Assembly: GCA_963667775.1 (NCBI GenBank)
Contig: OY764015.1
Location: 945,168-1,009,167, forward strand
Direction of reading: 5' to 3'
Length of the DNA stretch: 64,000 bases
DNA from: an uncultured Trichococcus sp.
Lineage (GTDB): Bacteria > Bacillota > Bacilli > Lactobacillales > Aerococcaceae
The notes beneath the pieces are model-generated. The model saw only the letters and a list, made by a program, of their open reading frames with translations, searched no databases and was not told the origin of the DNA. Shown one piece after another: positions 60,949 through 64,000 of the stretch (within the stretch, counting starts at the first letter, position 1; every line of letters starts with the position of its first letter). Both the position numbers and the translations under genes were made by a program.

Positions 60949-60977
60949 ACTATACTCTAATTCAAGCTTTTTTTCAA
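60949..60977 (-). promoter_or_regulatory. Putative sigma-A promoter of the ymfF operon
   Basis: TTGAAA, 17 nt spacer, TATAGT on the minus strand. Confidence 0.55.
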
Positions 60978-61064
60978 TTAAGCCATTCTTGGGCATTTTT
61001 CTCCCATGGTTAGCGCAAAAAGAAAAGGCTGACTCGATGAGCCAACCCTTCTCACTTTCAGAGA

Positions 61065-62024
61065 TTACTTTGATTTGATGTAAGTCGTACCGTTAGCGGC
61101 TGGGCCCCTGGATTTGCCGATGAAACCTACAAGCACAATGATCGTAATGACGTATGGTGCGATCTGGAGGTATACGGAAGGGATATTCTGGATGACCGGA
61201 ATATAGCTGCCGATGACGCCCAAACTCTGGGCGAAACCGAAGAAAATTGCCGCGCCCATAACACCGATCGGATTCCATTTGCCGAAAATCATGGCAGCCA
61301 TAGCGATGAAACCTTGACCGGCAATCGTCGATCCGGAAAAATTCAAGCTGATCGATTGGGAGACGATGGCGCCGCCCACACCGCCCAAAAATCCGGAAAT
61401 CAACACGCCGGCGTAGCGCATCACGTAGACATTGATCCCCAATGTATCTGCCGCTTGCGGGTGTTCCCCTACCGAACGCAGGCGCAAGCCGAAAGTCGTC
61501 TTGAAGATGATGAAATAGCAGATAAGCGCCGTTGCGATTGCTGCATAGGCCGGAGCTGACGTGTTCGTGAAGAATATCTGGCCGATGACCGGAATATCCT
61601 TCAATATAGGGAAACTTGTCTTACCGAAATTCTGTATGATGAAGGCAGTCTGGCCTTTCCCTTCATAAAGAACCTTGGTCAAAAATACCGCCAGCGCTGG
61701 GGCAAGCATATTGATGACCGTTCCGGAAACGATATGGTTCGCCCTTAAATTGATGGTGGCAACTGCATGGATGATCGAAAAGAAGATGCCGACCGCCCCT
61801 GCAACCAGCAACGCAACCCAAGGGGTCAGTTTACCCAAATTGTCGGCGTAGCTCAGATTAAAGACTATGGCTGAGAATGCTCCCATGACCATCGTGCCTT
61901 CCAGTCCCACGTTGACGATGCCGCTCCGTTCCGAGAACGTTCCCCCAAGACCGGTAAAAATCAAAGGTGCCGAATAGATCAAAGCCGAGGATACGATAAT
62001 CGATAGAATCGCTAGCAAGTCCAT
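61065..62024 (-). CDS. ABC transporter permease, BMP/nucleoside type (YufQ/NupQ-like)
   Basis: Polytopic membrane protein. ATG at 62024 lies 1 nt after the upstream permease stop. The track's 31-codon extension lies inside the upstream gene. Confidence 0.82.
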   Translation of the reverse strand: MDLLAILSIIVSSALIYSAPLIFTGLGGTFSERSGIVNVGLEGTMVMGAFSAIVFNLSYADNLGKLTPWVALLVAGAVGIFFSIIHAVATINLRANHIVSGTVINMLAPALAVFLTKVLYEGKGQTAFIIQNFGKTSFPILKDIPVIGQIFFTNTSAPAYAAIATALICYFIIFKTTFGLRLRSVGEHPQAADTLGINVYVMRYAGVLISGFLGGVGGAIVSQSISLNFSGSTIAGQGFIAMAAMIFGKWNPIGVMGAAIFFGFAQSLGVIGSYIPVIQNIPSVYLQIAPYVITIIVLVGFIGKSRGPAANGTTYIKSK

Positions 62025-62025
62025 C

Positions 62026-63099
62026 TCACGCCACCTCCTTTTTATTGACTCTGGACAGTTTGTTGACCAATAGCCGGATGATATAGCTCGCACCGACGAA
62101 GAAGATGATTGATGCAATCACGATATCGACTATCTCTACAGGGACGCCGGACATAAGCGGCATACTCGTTCCGCCGATTTTCAGCGTGCTGAACAGAAGT
62201 GCGGCAAAAAGGATGCCGATCGGGCTACCGATTCCCAACAAAGCTACTGCCATACCATCGAATCCGACGGCCGGCATCGCGCCTTGAACGAACATGTTCT
62301 GGAAATTCCCCAACCCTTCCATTGCTCCTCCCAAACCGGCCAAACCACCGCTGATCAACATGGCCAAAATGATGTTCTTCTTGGCGTTCATCCCTGCGTA
62401 ATCGGCCGCATCAGGATTCAATCCGACTGAACGGAATTCGAAACCGTATGTTGTTTTCTTCATCAGCACCCAGACCACCGCAATCATGATGAGGGCAATG
62501 AAGATACCGGCATGAAGTGTCGAATTGCGGGTCACTTCCGATAGGAACGGCACCCTCAGACTGGCATTTTCGGTGATCCTGGCCGTGGAATCCCCGGAAT
62601 CCGTCAAAACATTCCTGACGATGTGGTTATTGATGTATAAAGCTGTGTGATTCAGCATGATGGTGACAATCACTTCACTTGTATTGAAGTAAGCACGCAA
62701 GACACCGGCGATGCCCGCCCACAGACCTCCCGCGGTGATACCGGCCAAAATGCATAATGGCAACAACACTACCTTCGGCAATTCAGGCAGCATCTGGGCC
62801 ACGCTGACGGATGCCAACCAGCCGAATAAGGTTTGACCCGCTACACCGATATTGAAGAAACCGGCTGTATTGGCTACCGAAAAACCTAATGCGACCAGAA
62901 TCAAAGGGGTAGCTTCCCGCAGTAATTCACCTATATAAAACGGCGATCCGAAGGCTCCCTTCAGCATTGCTGAATAACCTGCGACGGCATCGTAACCGAA
63001 TGACCACATGACGATTGCGCCGATCAACAGCCCTAATATGACCGAAAGTAAAGGTACGATGATTCCTTGGATGCGAGTGGCTCCTTGTTGATTACTCAT
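62026..63099 (-). CDS. ABC transporter permease, BMP/nucleoside type (YufP/NupP-like)
   Basis: 357 aa polytopic membrane protein that overlaps the ATPase stop by 8 nt. Confidence 0.82.
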   Translation of the reverse strand: MSNQQGATRIQGIIVPLLSVILGLLIGAIVMWSFGYDAVAGYSAMLKGAFGSPFYIGELLREATPLILVALGFSVANTAGFFNIGVAGQTLFGWLASVSVAQMLPELPKVVLLPLCILAGITAGGLWAGIAGVLRAYFNTSEVIVTIMLNHTALYINNHIVRNVLTDSGDSTARITENASLRVPFLSEVTRNSTLHAGIFIALIMIAVVWVLMKKTTYGFEFRSVGLNPDAADYAGMNAKKNIILAMLISGGLAGLGGAMEGLGNFQNMFVQGAMPAVGFDGMAVALLGIGSPIGILFAALLFSTLKIGGTSMPLMSGVPVEIVDIVIASIIFFVGASYIIRLLVNKLSRVNKKEVA

Positions 63100-64000
63100 G
63101 AATGCTCGCCTCCTCTTCTTTGTTTTTTTCCAATTCTGCCCGGGCCTTTTCCAAAGAAGAACCGGCCATCAATAGACCTAATTCTTGCTCGGAAGTTTCC
63201 TCCGGCTTGACATAAGCCACAATTTCGCCTTCGAACATCACGGCGATGATGTCGGACAGATTCAAGATTTCATCCAACTCGAAGCTCATCAGCAGAATCG
63301 CTTTGTCCTTGTCCCTTTGCTCGATCAAGCGTTTATGGATAAATTCGATGGCGCCCACATCCAATCCTCGGGTCGGTTGGGCTGCAATCAATAACGAAGG
63401 ATTCCGATCGACTTCCCTGGCGATGATTGCTTTTTGCTGGTTTCCGCCGGACAACGAACCAGCTGTCGACTTCTCGCTTTGGGTCCGCACATCAAACTCT
63501 TTGATCAGTTCGATGGCATGGTTTTCGATGGCTTTATCATTCAGGAAGCTGTATTTGCTGTATGGTTCCTGATAATAAGTCTGCAAGGCGATATTCTCAT
63601 CCAAACGCATCGGGAGAATCAGACCGAACTTTTGTCGGTCCTCAGGGATATGCCCTAAGCCTGATTCAGTGATTTTGCGCGGAGCCAAGTTCGTGATGGT
63701 TTCGCCGTTCAGCTTGACGGTTCCGCTCTCAGCCTTCCGCAAGCCAGTGATGGTTTGGATCAATTCGCTTTGGCCGTTCCCATCGATTCCGGCGATTCCA
63801 ACGATTTCACCCGCCCTTACCGTCAGACTCAAATTACGTACGGCTTCCAGTCCACGGCTCTCTTTGACCGACAATCCGTCAATTTCCAAAACAGCTTGCT
63901 TTGGCTGGGATGGTTTTTTGGCTGTTCGGAACAGAACGGAACGCCCCACCATCATATCGGCCAGTTCTTGTTGGGAGGTCTGCTTCACGTCGACGGTGCC
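63092..64000 (-). CDS. ABC transporter ATP-binding protein with duplicated ATPase; C-terminal half only (gene continues past the window end)
   Basis: Second nucleotide-binding domain with GIDGNGQSE, signature LSGGNQQK and Walker B LLIAAQPTRGLD. The frame stays open to position 64000. Confidence 0.85.
   Translation of the reverse strand, partial: GTVDVKQTSQQELADMMVGRSVLFRTAKKPSQPKQAVLEIDGLSVKESRGLEAVRNLSLTVRAGEIVGIAGIDGNGQSELIQTITGLRKAESGTVKLNGETITNLAPRKITESGLGHIPEDRQKFGLILPMRLDENIALQTYYQEPYSKYSFLNDKAIENHAIELIKEFDVRTQSEKSTAGSLSGGNQQKAIIAREVDRNPSLLIAAQPTRGLDVGAIEFIHKRLIEQRDKDKAILLMSFELDEILNLSDIIAVMFEGEIVAYVKPEETSEQELGLLMAGSSLEKARAELEKNKEEEASIHE

Overview
This 64 kb window is core chromosome from a low-GC Gram-positive bacterium (class Bacilli). 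Gene order matches conserved Bacillus subtilis blocks: recU-ponA; dinG-ypmB-aspB-asnS-dnaD-nth; dapB-cca; ypiAB; hup-der-rpsA-cmk; ypbB-recS, fer; rluB-resDE; ribT-scpAB; fur-xerD-deoB-punA; dnaE-pfkA-pyk; ruvAB-queA; mutSL; and the ymfFHI-rodZ-pgsA-cinA-recA-rny-ymdB cluster. Sporulation genes (cotE, spoVS), cytochrome-c maturation genes (resABC) and bacillithiol genes are absent, which suggests a non-sporulating, Lactobacillales-like organism. I call 58 protein-coding genes, 54 of them on the minus strand, which is a strong co-orientation. I also call one FMN riboswitch, several intrinsic terminators, a few near-consensus sigma-A promoters and a LexA (Cheo) box at recA. I found no rRNA, tRNA, CRISPR array, transposase, prophage or obvious island, and no convincing novel multi-gene system; the window looks like ordinary housekeeping DNA. 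The items most worth a second look are: (1) a CCA-adding enzyme fused in frame to a hotdog-fold thioesterase domain; (2) a monocistronic orphan gene between cca and dinG; (3) a ribT homolog kept next to scpAB with no adjacent rib genes, while riboflavin uptake (ribU) is riboswitch-controlled; (4) rny-ymdB-ricA linkage; and (5) an unexplained perfect AT-rich palindrome upstream of pfkA-pyk. All family assignments come from my own reading of motifs in the translated ORFs; no database search was run.
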